Below are positions 19,497 to 28,949 of a stretch of 64,000 bases of DNA, one piece after another (position 1 is the stretch's first letter; the number at the start of each line of letters is the position of its first letter). The notes below the pieces were generated by a model. That model saw only the letters and a list, made by a program, of their open reading frames with translations. It was not told where the DNA came from and ran no database searches. The stretch is taken from NCBI GenBank assembly GCA_001603595.1, contig LUZK01000050.1:22115-86114 (forward strand), read 5' to 3'. This stretch comes from Bacteroidales bacterium Bact_19 (lineage in GTDB: Bacteria > Bacteroidota > Bacteroidia > Bacteroidales > ML635J-15). The translations under genes and the position numbers were made by a program.

Positions 19497-20186
19497 ATGA
19501 AAAAAAATCTAGTTGTAATAGTATTTTTGGTATTGAGCCTTAATATTTTTGCTCAAAAGGTTTCAGGCGGTTTATTTGGCGGAACAACATTATCATGGTT
19601 AAGTACTGATAGTAAAATGTTAGATCCTCAAGAAATTAAATTCGGTTATACTTATGGAGCAGTTTTAGATCTTAATCTTACAGATAACTTTGCTTTTACA
19701 CTAGGAGTTAGATTAAATAATACCGGAGGTTCTGCAAATTATCCAAACGGGCTTTATAAATTCGAAGCCGAAGAAACAGTTATTCCAGAGCAACTCCCTA
19801 CAAATACAAAGATCAAGTATAATCTGAATTACTTGGCAATACCTGTAGGAATAAAAGGAAAAACCAACGAAATCGGATATTTAAAATATTATTTAACTGC
19901 GGGAGCAACGCCAATGCTTAGAGCCAAATCAAAGGCCAGTTTCGGAATTTATGAAAATGAAATTGTAAACAAAGAAATTAATTTATTTAATTTAGGTTGG
20001 AACATTGGTGGGGGTGCCGAGTATTCTTTGGTAGGGAATACCAGACTAATGTTAGAAATTGTTTACATGGGAGGATTGTTAGATTTCGATAAAACGGAAA
20101 TTTTTACAGAACCTGCTCAGATTAATGTAATTAAACCTAAAACAGTAATCAATGATGTTCATCTAAAACTTGGAATTTTGTTTTAA
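19497..20186 (+). CDS. Small outer-membrane beta-barrel (porin-family) protein
   Basis: 229 aa with a signal peptide (…LSLNIFAQ), alternating hydrophobic strand pattern, Gly/aromatic-rich turns and a C-terminal ...HLKLGILF. Confidence 0.6.
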   Translation: MKKNLVVIVFLVLSLNIFAQKVSGGLFGGTTLSWLSTDSKMLDPQEIKFGYTYGAVLDLNLTDNFAFTLGVRLNNTGGSANYPNGLYKFEAEETVIPEQLPTNTKIKYNLNYLAIPVGIKGKTNEIGYLKYYLTAGATPMLRAKSKASFGIYENEIVNKEINLFNLGWNIGGGAEYSLVGNTRLMLEIVYMGGLLDFDKTEIFTEPAQINVIKPKTVINDVHLKLGILF

Positions 20187-20204
20187 TAAAAATTTTTATA
20201 TTTG

Positions 20205-20234
20205 AAATCCGGCTTAATCCAAGTCGGATTTTTT
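20205..20234 (+). terminator. Rho-independent terminator after the beta-barrel gene
   Basis: 9-bp stem with one G-U pair, aaatccggc (20205-20213) pairing with gtcggattt (20223-20231), with a 9-nt loop followed by a T-run. Confidence 0.55.
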
Positions 20235-20262
20235 ATTTTTGTTTTGTAATAAAAGTATTTTT

Positions 20263-21912
20263 ATGAAAATAAGACTTGCACAATTAAATTATGTTGTTGG
20301 AGATGTAGATTACAATGTAAAAAAAATTATTGAAGTAATTTTTGATGCCAAACAACATTCAGTAGATTTAGTAGTTTTTTCGGAGCTTTGTATTTGTGGG
20401 TATTCTCCTCTTGATTTACTTGAATACAAGAGCTTTATCCTTAAATGCAAGGAGGGGCTTGATAAAATTGTAAGCGAGTCGGAGGGTATTGCTGTAATTG
20501 TTGGATTACCCACACTAAACACAAATTATAGGGGCAAAAACTTATATAATTCTGCTGTATTTATTAATGACGGACAAGTACAAAAAATTATAAATAAAAC
20601 CTTACTGCCTACCTATGATGTATTTGATGAGTATAGATATTTTGAATCTAATGATGTTTTTGATATTATAGAGTTTAAAGGGGAAAAAATAGCTCTTACA
20701 ATATGTGAAGATCTTTGGGATGAGCAAATGACTTATGGAATTTTTGATCGTGAGATGCTTTATAAAACCGCTCCGATGGATAAATTAATAAAATTAAATC
20801 CCGACTTTATTATAAATATCGCTGGTTCTCCATTTTCATATAATCAGGCCCAAAATCGCAGAGATATACTAATTAAAAATGTTATAAAATATTCTTTGCC
20901 AATTGTTTATGTAAATCAAGTAGGAGCAAATACAGAGTTGATATTTGACGGTGGCAGTTGTGTAATTGGACGAGGAGGCTATCTTGCAGCAAAATGCAAG
21001 TATTTTAAAGAAGAGATTTTAGATTTTGACCTTGAAAAAGAGAATAATGAATTTCACGATAGTATTATTCACGATAAATATTGTTTGATTTACAATGCTT
21101 TAATTGTTGGAATAAAAGATTTTTTTGCGAAACAAGGATTTAAAAAAGCAGTTTTAGGTTTATCCGGGGGAATTGATTCTGCGGTAACTATGGCTTTAGC
21201 TGTAAAAGCTTTGGGAAGTGAAAATGTAGTAGCTCTTTTAATGCCAAGTATATATTCCTCAGAACATTCAATTATTGATTCTGTTGAAATGGCTGAAAAA
21301 TGTGGGGTTAAATACGAAATTATTAATATCGAGCAAATCCGACTTGGTTTTGAGGAGACATTTTCATCTATATTCAAAGGCACTCAAAAGGATATTACAG
21401 AAGAAAATATTCAAGCAAGAATTCGCGGAATAATTTTAATGGCATATTCCAACAAATTCGGACATATTGTTCTTAATACATCTAATAAAAGTGAGTTTGC
21501 GGTTGGTTATTCAACAATGTATGGTGATATGAACGGTGCTTTGTCTGTTTTGGGTGATGTTTATAAAACAGATGTTTATAAACTTGCTGAATATATAAAT
21601 GAAAAATATGGAAATTTAATTCCAAAAAACATTATTATAAAAGCTCCTTCCGCCGAATTGCGTCCCGACCAAAAAGATAGTGATAGCCTGCCGGAATATG
21701 ACATTCTAGACAAAATTTTATTTTCTTACATCGAATTACGACAATGTCCTGAATTAATTGCAAAAAGCGGCTTAGAAATTAAAACGATAAATGAAGTGGT
21801 GAGAATGGTAAATAAGTCTGAGTTTAAACGTTTTCAAGCTCCTCCTATATTAAGAATCAGCAGTAAAGCTTTTGGATTTGGCAGGAGAATTCCCATTGTG
21901 GCAAAATTTTAA
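20263..21912 (+). CDS. nadE: Glutamine-dependent NAD+ synthetase
   Basis: The track ORF begins at a TTG (20239); the ATG at 20263 gives MKIRLAQLNY. N-terminal CN-hydrolase domain (FSELCICGY, TICEDLW). C-terminal NAD-synthetase PP-loop (VLGLSGGIDSAV). Confidence 0.9.
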   Translation: MKIRLAQLNYVVGDVDYNVKKIIEVIFDAKQHSVDLVVFSELCICGYSPLDLLEYKSFILKCKEGLDKIVSESEGIAVIVGLPTLNTNYRGKNLYNSAVFINDGQVQKIINKTLLPTYDVFDEYRYFESNDVFDIIEFKGEKIALTICEDLWDEQMTYGIFDREMLYKTAPMDKLIKLNPDFIINIAGSPFSYNQAQNRRDILIKNVIKYSLPIVYVNQVGANTELIFDGGSCVIGRGGYLAAKCKYFKEEILDFDLEKENNEFHDSIIHDKYCLIYNALIVGIKDFFAKQGFKKAVLGLSGGIDSAVTMALAVKALGSENVVALLMPSIYSSEHSIIDSVEMAEKCGVKYEIINIEQIRLGFEETFSSIFKGTQKDITEENIQARIRGIILMAYSNKFGHIVLNTSNKSEFAVGYSTMYGDMNGALSVLGDVYKTDVYKLAEYINEKYGNLIPKNIIIKAPSAELRPDQKDSDSLPEYDILDKILFSYIELRQCPELIAKSGLEIKTINEVVRMVNKSEFKRFQAPPILRISSKAFGFGRRIPIVAKF

Positions 21913-21951
21913 TATATCGGATTTTTATTTATTTTTGGAAAAAATTTAGTT

Positions 21952-22311
21952 ATGAAGCGATTTTATAAAATTTTAGTTTTTACTTTTTCTATTTTATTTT
22001 TAATATCCTGTGGAGGTCCAAAGAGCGATACAAAGAAGATGCTTAAATATATTAAAGAATATACCGAAGTTGCAGAGAAAGCTCTAAAGGATAGAACAAT
22101 TACCGATAAAGAAGCTGAAAAGTTAAATGAAATAAAATCTAAAATTGAAAAGTATTCTGCAAAAATAGATAGTAAATACTCTGAAGACCTTGAAGCTCAG
22201 AAAGTAATTCAGGATGTTTTAAATGTTGATGAAAATAGAAAAATTATGTTAAATTACACTGAAATTCTTATGCGATTGTGGAATATTGAAGGTAAAGAAA
22301 AACTAAATTAA
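21952..22311 (+). CDS. Small K/E-rich helical lipoprotein
   Basis: 119 aa with a lipobox (LFLISCGGP). Paralogous to 22402..22767. Confidence 0.6.
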   Translation: MKRFYKILVFTFSILFLISCGGPKSDTKKMLKYIKEYTEVAEKALKDRTITDKEAEKLNEIKSKIEKYSAKIDSKYSEDLEAQKVIQDVLNVDENRKIMLNYTEILMRLWNIEGKEKLN

Positions 22312-22401
22312 AAGAATAAAAAAAAAAATTTTTTGTTTCCAAAAAAATTGTTTTAATTTACAGAAAATTGATTGTTTAATTACTAATTTAAATTTAATTT
22401 T

Positions 22402-22767
22402 ATGAAGAAGATTGCGATTTTATTGAGCCTAGCAGCTTTTGTTTTAGCTTTAGTATCATGTGGTGGACCGGAAGCAGATGCAAAAAAAATGGTTAAAAAA
22501 ATTGAAAACTACACCAAAGTAGCAACTAAAGTAGCAGAAGACAAAAAAATTGATGACAAAGAAGCTGAAGAATTGAAAAAATTATCGAAAGATCTTGAAG
22601 AATTCGAAAAAGAAATGAATAAGAAATACGAAGGAAAAGAGGAACAAAAGAAAAAAATTGACAAGTATTTCGAAGACAACAAAGAAAAATTAGAAAAAGT
22701 TTATGACGAATTCTTCAAAGTTATGATGGCTCTTTACGAATGTGAAGGTGCTGACAAATTAGAATAA
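22402..22767 (+). CDS. Small K/E-rich helical lipoprotein (paralogue)
   Basis: 121 aa with a lipobox (LALVSCGGP). It shares SCGGP..D.KKM.K.I..YT.VA.K...D..I.DKEAE.L with the preceding ORF. Confidence 0.6.
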   Translation: MKKIAILLSLAAFVLALVSCGGPEADAKKMVKKIENYTKVATKVAEDKKIDDKEAEELKKLSKDLEEFEKEMNKKYEGKEEQKKKIDKYFEDNKEKLEKVYDEFFKVMMALYECEGADKLE

Positions 22768-22782
22768 GAAATTTATTTTAAC

Positions 22783-22814
22783 AAAAAAAGCAGCTCATTT
22801 GGGCTGCTTTTTTT
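22783..22814. terminator. Bidirectional rho-independent terminator between convergent genes
   Basis: Perfect 12-bp stem, aaaaaaagcagc (22783-22794) pairing with gctgcttttttt (22803-22814), with an 8-nt loop. A-run and T-run on either side. Confidence 0.7.
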
Positions 22815-22876
22815 ATTGAAAAAGGATGAAATACATAGGATAGATTTTAATTAGTGATTATATTGCCTGGAATTAA

Positions 22877-23638
22877 CTACCAGTCTTTTTCAATGTCTCG
22901 TTTTTGGATTTTGAATTTTTCTTTATTTAACTTCTCCTGTAAATCTTTTTCCTTTTGTTGTAACGACTCCAGAAATCTTTCCATTTCTTCTTTGCTCATT
23001 TTATTGTCCTGTTGTTGAGGGGAGTCTTGTTGTTTTTTGTCTCTGTCTTTTTTGTCATTTTGGTTTTGATTATTATCTTTATTCTTATCTTGGTCTTTGT
23101 TGTCTTTGTTGTCTTTGTTGTCTTTGTTTTGCTGATTTTGTTGATTGTCTTGATTTTGATTGTTTTGATTTTGTTGCTGCTGTTGTTGAATTTTTGTTGC
23201 AACAGCCATATTGTATCTGCTTTTATCATGTGTTGGGTCTAACCTCAAAGCGTTTTTATATGCTTGAATACTTTTATTATACTCTTTTGCTTGAAGGTAA
23301 GAATTGCCAAGGTTATAAAATGCATCGGCTTTTTGTTTATTGTCAGTAATGTTTTTCAGATATACATCAAAGGAAGAAGCAGCGTCGTTAAAATTGTCAT
23401 TGCGGTAATTAGCAATACCTATATTATTATTTAGCTCCATTAAATCCGGATTAATTTCAGCAGCTTTTTTGTAGTTTAACAATGCCTGGTCAAAGTTTTT
23501 TTCTTTGAAATTTTTGTTTCCTTGCCTTATTATTTTTCGTTCTTCCTGAGCATTAGTTATATTTATAGCCATTATAAGCACGAGTGCAGGCAAACTTTGT
23601 AACAATATTATGTTAAATGATTTCATATTTGATATCAT
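22877..23638 (-). CDS. BatC-like TPR protein with Q/N/D/K-rich low-complexity tail
   Basis: 253 aa with a signal-like N-terminus and three TPR units (ALLNYKKAAEINPDLMELNNNIG, AFYNLGNSYLQAKEYNKSIQAYKNALRLDPTH). A QQQQQNQNNQNQDNQQNQQNKDNKDNKDNKD tract follows. The start overlaps the BatB stop, and it is the last gene of the Bat operon. Confidence 0.7.
   Translation of the reverse strand: MISNMKSFNIILLQSLPALVLIMAINITNAQEERKIIRQGNKNFKEKNFDQALLNYKKAAEINPDLMELNNNIGIANYRNDNFNDAASSFDVYLKNITDNKQKADAFYNLGNSYLQAKEYNKSIQAYKNALRLDPTHDKSRYNMAVATKIQQQQQQNQNNQNQDNQQNQQNKDNKDNKDNKDQDKNKDNNQNQNDKKDRDKKQQDSPQQQDNKMSKEEMERFLESLQQKEKDLQEKLNKEKFKIQKRDIEKDW
23093..23128 (-). repeat. In-frame 9-bp tandem repeat x4 (encodes NKD x4)
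   Basis: gtctttgtt is repeated exactly four times on the + strand (23093-23128), inside the low-complexity tail of the BatC-like gene. Confidence 0.9.
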
Positions 23639-24657
23639 TTTGTTTTAAATAGATTAATTTTCTTTAACCAATCATTTTTTCGTTCAGCGACAATAAAGTC
23701 TACACATAACAAAATTATTGCAGCAAGAATAAACCATTGGTATTTATCATCATATTCCGAGAATATTTGGTCAACAATTTCGCCTTTTTGGAGAGTTGAT
23801 ATTTCGCTGATGATTTTATCCGAGGCATCTGCTGAATTAGTAGCACGAACATAAATTCCATCTGTAAGTTTTGCAATTTGTTTGAGTGTTTCTTCGTCGA
23901 GTTTTGTCAATACAACATTTCCTTGACGGTCTTTTTTGAAACCGCCTCTTTTGTCGGGGATGGGAGCTCCGTCGGGATTACCGATTCCCACACAAAAAAC
24001 TTTAATCCCTTTTTCTTTTAACATCGAAGCAATTTCGGTGGGATTATCTTCGTGACTTTCACCATCAGTAATTAGTAAAATGAGTTTGGAAATATATTCT
24101 TCGCCGGAGAATGATTTAGAAGCAAGTTCAAGCGCTGAACCAATAGCTGTCCCTTGAACATTAATCATTTCAGGGCTGATTGAACTCAAAAACAATCTTG
24201 CAGCTTTAACATCTGAAGTTAATGGCATCTGAATAAAGGCTTCCCCTGCAAAAACAACAATTCCAAGTTTATCGTTTGAAAGTTTTGTGATAAGCCTTTC
24301 AATAAATCTTTTAGAATTTTCTAGTCTGTTAGGCTTTAAATCTTGAGCAAGCATTGAATTTGAAACATCGAGTGCAACAATGAGTTCAATTCCTTTTTTT
24401 GTTACTTCCGCATATTTACTTCCGGTTTGAGGGCGTGCCAAAGCCAATGAAATCATTATAATAGTCAGAGATATAACAATCAATTTCCATAGTCTTCGAG
24501 TGAAGCTGTAATCAGGAATTAGTTTTTCAAGAAGATTTTTATCTCCGATTTTTTTAATCTTGTTGCGCCTTGAAAGTTGTGCGAAAATAAAAAGTAAAAT
24601 TGGGACACTTATTAGTGTCATTAGCCATAGATATTGCGGAGCATAAAATCTGAACAT
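23635..24657 (-). CDS. batB: BatB-like von Willebrand factor A membrane protein
   Basis: 340 aa with N-terminal TM helices, a VWA domain with the MIDAS motif (ALDVSNSM), and a C-terminal TM helix (WFILAAIILLCVDFIV). Confidence 0.8.
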   Translation of the reverse strand: MFRFYAPQYLWLMTLISVPILLFIFAQLSRRNKIKKIGDKNLLEKLIPDYSFTRRLWKLIVISLTIIMISLALARPQTGSKYAEVTKKGIELIVALDVSNSMLAQDLKPNRLENSKRFIERLITKLSNDKLGIVVFAGEAFIQMPLTSDVKAARLFLSSISPEMINVQGTAIGSALELASKSFSGEEYISKLILLITDGESHEDNPTEIASMLKEKGIKVFCVGIGNPDGAPIPDKRGGFKKDRQGNVVLTKLDEETLKQIAKLTDGIYVRATNSADASDKIISEISTLQKGEIVDQIFSEYDDKYQWFILAAIILLCVDFIVAERKNDWLKKINLFKTK

Positions 24658-24659
24658 AA

Positions 24660-25652
24660 CTAAAATGTATTTTTTAATACTGTTAAACCTAATAATCTTT
24701 CAACAACTAACAGTAAAAGAGCAATTAGAGCAAAAAGCTTAAACTCTTCAACCGGTTTTGAAAATGATTTTACTTCGAGCTGAGTTTTTTCCATTGAGTC
24801 AATCTCTTTGTATATTTCTCTCATTTTTTCGTTATTAGTAGCTCTGAAATATTTTCCACCGGTCATTTCGGATATTTTTTTAAGAATGTCTTCATCAATT
24901 TTAACTTCAATATTTTGATATTGAATTCCGAAGGGAGTTTGAAAAGGATATGGAGCCATTCCGATTTTTCCCACACCTATTGTATAAACTCTTATACCAA
25001 ATTCTTTGGCAAATTCTGCAGCAGCAATAGGGGAAATATTTCCCATATTATTAACTCCATCTGTTAGCAAAATAATTACTTTACTTACAGCATTTGATTC
25101 TTTCAATCTGTTTACGGCTGTAGCAAGACCAAGCCCAATAGCTGTGCCATCTTCAATCATTCCACTTTTTACTTGGGAGAATAGGTTCATCAAAACGGCG
25201 TGGTCTATAGTTAAGGGACTCTGTGTAAAGGCTTCTCCTGAAAATACTACTAATCCGATGCGGTCATTTGGTCGTCCGTTGATAAATTCCATTGCAATTT
25301 GCTTACTTGCTTCGATGCGGTTAGGTTTAAAGTCTTCGGCAAGCATACTACCGCTTATGTCGAGAGCTATTACAATATCAACACCTTCTATTTTACGAGT
25401 TTCCCATCTATCGGTACGTTGCGGTCGGGCTAACGCAATTATTAATAATGATAAGGCGGAAATTTTTAAGATAAATAGTATATGCCTGAGATGGTATCTT
25501 AAGCTGTTTCCGTTGGTACTAAATGCACTTAACGTGCTAATACTCATGGCAGCCACAGACTTTTTAAGTCTCCATATATACCATGCAATTATTGGTATTA
25601 GCAACAAGAATAACCACAAATAGTTTTTATTTGCAAATTCTATATTATTCAT
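24660..25652 (-). CDS. batA: BatA-like von Willebrand factor A membrane protein
   Basis: 330 aa with two N-terminal TM helices, VWA MIDAS motif (ALDISGSM), and a C-terminal TM helix (LFALIALLLLVVERLL). Confidence 0.8.
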   Translation of the reverse strand: MNNIEFANKNYLWLFLLLIPIIAWYIWRLKKSVAAMSISTLSAFSTNGNSLRYHLRHILFILKISALSLLIIALARPQRTDRWETRKIEGVDIVIALDISGSMLAEDFKPNRIEASKQIAMEFINGRPNDRIGLVVFSGEAFTQSPLTIDHAVLMNLFSQVKSGMIEDGTAIGLGLATAVNRLKESNAVSKVIILLTDGVNNMGNISPIAAAEFAKEFGIRVYTIGVGKIGMAPYPFQTPFGIQYQNIEVKIDEDILKKISEMTGGKYFRATNNEKMREIYKEIDSMEKTQLEVKSFSKPVEEFKLFALIALLLLVVERLLGLTVLKNTF

Positions 25653-27048
25653 TTTCTTTTTTATCTTTTAATTCTTCGTTTTCGTTAATTTCTACCTCAA
25701 TTTCGGCGTCCAGTTTTTTTATCTTTTCGGAAATTTCTTCTATTTCTTTGGTATTATTAACAAAATTAAAGGCATTATCCAGTGCAAGATTGTTTTCATG
25801 TTGAAGAGCTTGATATTTTGCAAATTTTACTGCATCTGCCAATTCAAGAATTTGTTTTAAAATTTGAATGTTGTCGGATGATAGTGATTGTATGTTTTCT
25901 AAAGTTTCTAATGTTTCGGTAGTTGTCATTTCCGGGGAATTAATGCCAAAGCGTTTATCAATATATTCACGTATAGTGTCAGAAAGCATAGTGTGATATT
26001 CTTTAATCTGTCCCTTAGACCATAGTTTTTCTTTACGAATTTCTTCAAGTTTACGTAAAGCTATAACATGTGCAGGTTCTTCGGGTTTTATTCTAAATAT
26101 TTGAGTTTTTATTTTTCCGGATTGTTTTTTTATCAGATAAGTTATACCTACAATGGCTAAAATTAACAATAATATAAGCCACCAGTATTGCTTCAAGAAT
26201 TTTTTTAGATAATATATAAATTCTTTAAAAGTGAAGGGGGTATTGAATAGATTTTCTTCTATGTCTTTGATTCTGAAAACCGTAAACAATGCCTGGTTTT
26301 GTATTACTTTATCGAATTCTTTAACAAAAACAGTATCCACACTGCCCGGTACAGTATGTTCTTCAAGTATGCCTTCTCTGTCAACAATAAACATTTTTAA
26401 ATCTGAGGCTTCAACAATTTTTAAAATATCGTTTTGATTAATTATGCTTGTGTTTTGAGTAAGTTGCGATGAAAAAATATTTACAAGTTGTTCTTTTATT
26501 TTTTCGCTGATTTTTTGAAGGCTGTCTGCCGGCAAAGATTGCTTTAAAGAATCGGGGATATACTGTTCTATTTCTTTTTTGAATCCGTTTTTCCCAAATA
26601 CTACATAACCGGCTCTGTTTGCATATATTGTATCGCGAGGAATGGTGTCAATTAAAACAAAGGGTTTTACTTTAATTATGGCCTCATTTGTTTCAAAATT
26701 ATTTGTGTCGCCATTGCTTACAATTTTAATGATAATCGGATTGATTTTTACAATACCGGTATCGAAGCTGGTAATTAGATATGTTTTTTCTAAAAATTTA
26801 ATCCCGTTTTCGTCTGTTTCTTGCTCTTTTTTTTCAGCAATGATTTCAATATTTGAGTTAATTGTGTCTTTAAAAGCTGGGAAAATTATTTGTTTATTGT
26901 TTTTTTTGGGAACTTTGATTTTAAGTTGAATATGTTCGCCAACAATAATAGAATCCTTGTCCAGATTAATACTAATATTTTGCTGAGCTTGTGAAATTAA
27001 TCCAAATAAAAGAAAAATAAGTATTTGAAAAAAACGTGATGTTTTCAT
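25645..27048 (-). CDS. Bat-operon membrane protein: BatD-like N-terminal ectodomain fused to a DUF4381-like TM/C-terminal module
   Basis: 467 aa. Signal peptide, ~290-aa ectodomain, one TM helix (YWWLILLLILAIVGITYLI), then a region like DUF4381 (ALRKLEEI...EYHTMLSDTIREYIDKRFGINSPEMTTTE...LADAVKFAKY). It sits between the DUF58 and BatA genes. Confidence 0.55.
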   Translation of the reverse strand: MKTSRFFQILIFLLFGLISQAQQNISINLDKDSIIVGEHIQLKIKVPKKNNKQIIFPAFKDTINSNIEIIAEKKEQETDENGIKFLEKTYLITSFDTGIVKINPIIIKIVSNGDTNNFETNEAIIKVKPFVLIDTIPRDTIYANRAGYVVFGKNGFKKEIEQYIPDSLKQSLPADSLQKISEKIKEQLVNIFSSQLTQNTSIINQNDILKIVEASDLKMFIVDREGILEEHTVPGSVDTVFVKEFDKVIQNQALFTVFRIKDIEENLFNTPFTFKEFIYYLKKFLKQYWWLILLLILAIVGITYLIKKQSGKIKTQIFRIKPEEPAHVIALRKLEEIRKEKLWSKGQIKEYHTMLSDTIREYIDKRFGINSPEMTTTETLETLENIQSLSSDNIQILKQILELADAVKFAKYQALQHENNLALDNAFNFVNNTKEIEEISEKIKKLDAEIEVEINENEELKDKKENE

Positions 27049-27050
27049 AA

Positions 27051-27914
27051 TTATCTGTTTTTGAATAAAGCTATCAGTGGTCTTACATAATCATCAGATG
27101 TGCTTATATCCGTATTGTCAATTTTTAGTTTTTTGAAAATAGTTTTTGTATTTTGGTAATGGTTATTCCACCAGTTACGATATTGTTCTCTTATTGCTTT
27201 TTTACCGGTATCAATCCATTTCATTTTACCTGATTCAAGGTCGTTGAAGTAAGCAAGTCCGATATCAGGTAATTCTTTTTCAAATTTGTCGTAAATTCTT
27301 AGAGCAACAATGTCGTGCTTGTTAGCTGCAATTTTTAGAGCATCGGTGAAATCCGGAACGATAAAATCCGACATTATAAAAGCAGTACTTCTTTTCTTAA
27401 TGGCATTTGTAAAAAATTTCAATGCAACCTTTAAATCAGAACCTTTGTTTTCCGGTTCAAAATTTAATAATTCGAGAATAATTCTCAGTATATGTTTTCG
27501 TCCCTTTTTGGGTGGAATGAATTTTTCGATTTTGTCGCTGAAAAGTATTACGCCAATTTTATCATTATTTGTAATTGCAGAAAAAGAAAGTACAGCAGCA
27601 ATTTCCGTAATAATATCTTTTTTAAAATTGTTAACAGTTCCAAAGGATTTGGAGGCACTGACATCAATAAGCAGCATTACGGTGAGTTCTCGTTCTTCTT
27701 CAAATACTTTGACGTAAGGATGGTTGAAGCGAGCGGTAACATGCCAATCAATATCTTTAACTGGGTCTCCATATTGATATTCTCGCACTTCACTAAAAGT
27801 CATTCCTTTGCCTTTAAAAGCAGAATGGTATTCTCCGGCAAAAATTTGACGGGTGAGGCCTTTGGATTTAATTTCTATTTTTCTTACTTTTTTTAGTAAT
27901 TCGCTTGCTTCCAT
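27051..27914 (-). CDS. DUF58-family protein (MoxR-associated VWA-like)
   Basis: 287 aa. EVREYQYGDPVKDIDWHVTAR motif followed by LLIDVSASKS. Directly downstream of the MoxR ATPase gene. Confidence 0.85.
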   Translation of the reverse strand: MEASELLKKVRKIEIKSKGLTRQIFAGEYHSAFKGKGMTFSEVREYQYGDPVKDIDWHVTARFNHPYVKVFEEERELTVMLLIDVSASKSFGTVNNFKKDIITEIAAVLSFSAITNNDKIGVILFSDKIEKFIPPKKGRKHILRIILELLNFEPENKGSDLKVALKFFTNAIKKRSTAFIMSDFIVPDFTDALKIAANKHDIVALRIYDKFEKELPDIGLAYFNDLESGKMKWIDTGKKAIREQYRNWWNNHYQNTKTIFKKLKIDNTDISTSDDYVRPLIALFKNR

Positions 27915-27953
27915 AAAACTTAATTTTTGATTCAGATAAATACTATCTTAATT

Positions 27954-28949
27954 TTATGGAACTTCAACGCTATTAAGTATTGTGCTGACAATTTCTTCGG
28001 AAGTTATATTTTCTGCTTCTGCTTCATAGGTTAATCCGATACGATGGCGTAATACATCATGACAAACAGCTCTGACATCTTCGGGGATAACATATCCTCT
28101 GCGTTTAATGAAAGCATAAGCTTTTGATGCCAATGCCAGATTAATCGAAGCTCTTGGCGAACCTCCATAAGAAATAAGAGTTGAAAGTTTGGGCAGATTA
28201 TATTTTTCGGGATATCTGCTTGCAAAAACTATGTCGAGAATATATTTTTCAATTTTTTCGTCAAGATAAACTTCTCTAACAACATCACGAGCTTTTAAAA
28301 TATCTTCTGGTTTTATCACTGCATTTACTTGAGGTAGGGTTTTTTCAAGGTTTTCTCTTATGATAAGTTTTTCTTCGTCGTAATTTGGGTAATCAATTTT
28401 AATTTTAAGCATAAATCTGTCAACCTGAGCTTCAGGTAGGGGATATGTCCCTTCTTGTTCTATTGGGTTTTGTGTTGCCATCACCAAAAATGGCTCTGGA
28501 AGTTTATATGTTGATTCTCCGATGGTTACCTGACGTTCTTGCATTGCTTCGAGCAAAGCAGATTGAACTTTTGCCGGAGCACGGTTAATTTCGTCGGCAA
28601 GAATGAAATTTGTAAAAATTGGTCCTTTTTTAACAATAAATTCTTCTTTTTTCTGGCTGTAAATCATTGTACCTATTAAGTCGGCAGGTAACAAATCAGG
28701 TGTAAATTGAATCCTCGCAAAATTTGCATCAATAGATTGAGCAAGAGTTTTTATTGCTAGAGTTTTGGCTAATCCCGGCACTCCTTCCAATAAAATGTGT
28801 CCATCCGAAAGTAATCCAATCAACAATCCTTCGAGTAAGTGTTTTTGCCCGACAATTACTTTTTTTAACTCCATGTTGAGTATATCAACAAAAGCACTAT
28901 CACGTTGAATTTTTTCGTTTAATTCTTTAATGTCAATTCCTGTATTCAT
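27954..28949 (-). CDS. MoxR-family AAA+ ATPase
   Basis: 331 aa. Walker A LLEGVPGLAKT and Walker B ILADEINRA. First gene of the Bat operon. Confidence 0.9.
   Translation of the reverse strand: MNTGIDIKELNEKIQRDSAFVDILNMELKKVIVGQKHLLEGLLIGLLSDGHILLEGVPGLAKTLAIKTLAQSIDANFARIQFTPDLLPADLIGTMIYSQKKEEFIVKKGPIFTNFILADEINRAPAKVQSALLEAMQERQVTIGESTYKLPEPFLVMATQNPIEQEGTYPLPEAQVDRFMLKIKIDYPNYDEEKLIIRENLEKTLPQVNAVIKPEDILKARDVVREVYLDEKIEKYILDIVFASRYPEKYNLPKLSTLISYGGSPRASINLALASKAYAFIKRRGYVIPEDVRAVCHDVLRHRIGLTYEAEAENITSEEIVSTILNSVEVP

Noticed and set aside
22996-23242. Two ORFs (77 aa minus strand, 76 aa plus strand) across the Q/N/D/K tract of the BatC-like gene
   Set aside because: They are artefacts of the low-complexity, repeat-rich coding DNA (poly-KT or poly-LV translations). 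The BatC-like frame is continuous with its TPR domain and coupled to batB.
25006-25623. 205-aa plus-strand ORF. Similar antisense ORFs occur at 1038..1313, 20310..20522, 21090..21383, 26231..26437, 26642..26929, 27310..27717, 27492..27896, 29459..29701, 35967..36215, 37769..38050, 45149..45613, 50445..50787, 53533..53857, 55894..56106, 56263..56583, 56686..57160, 58189..58902 and 61726..61908.
   Set aside because: All lie entirely inside, and antisense or out of frame to, long ORFs with clear family signatures. Their translations are low-complexity (Ser/Leu/Ile/Phe-rich) with no recognisable motifs, which is typical of shadow ORFs in AT-rich DNA.
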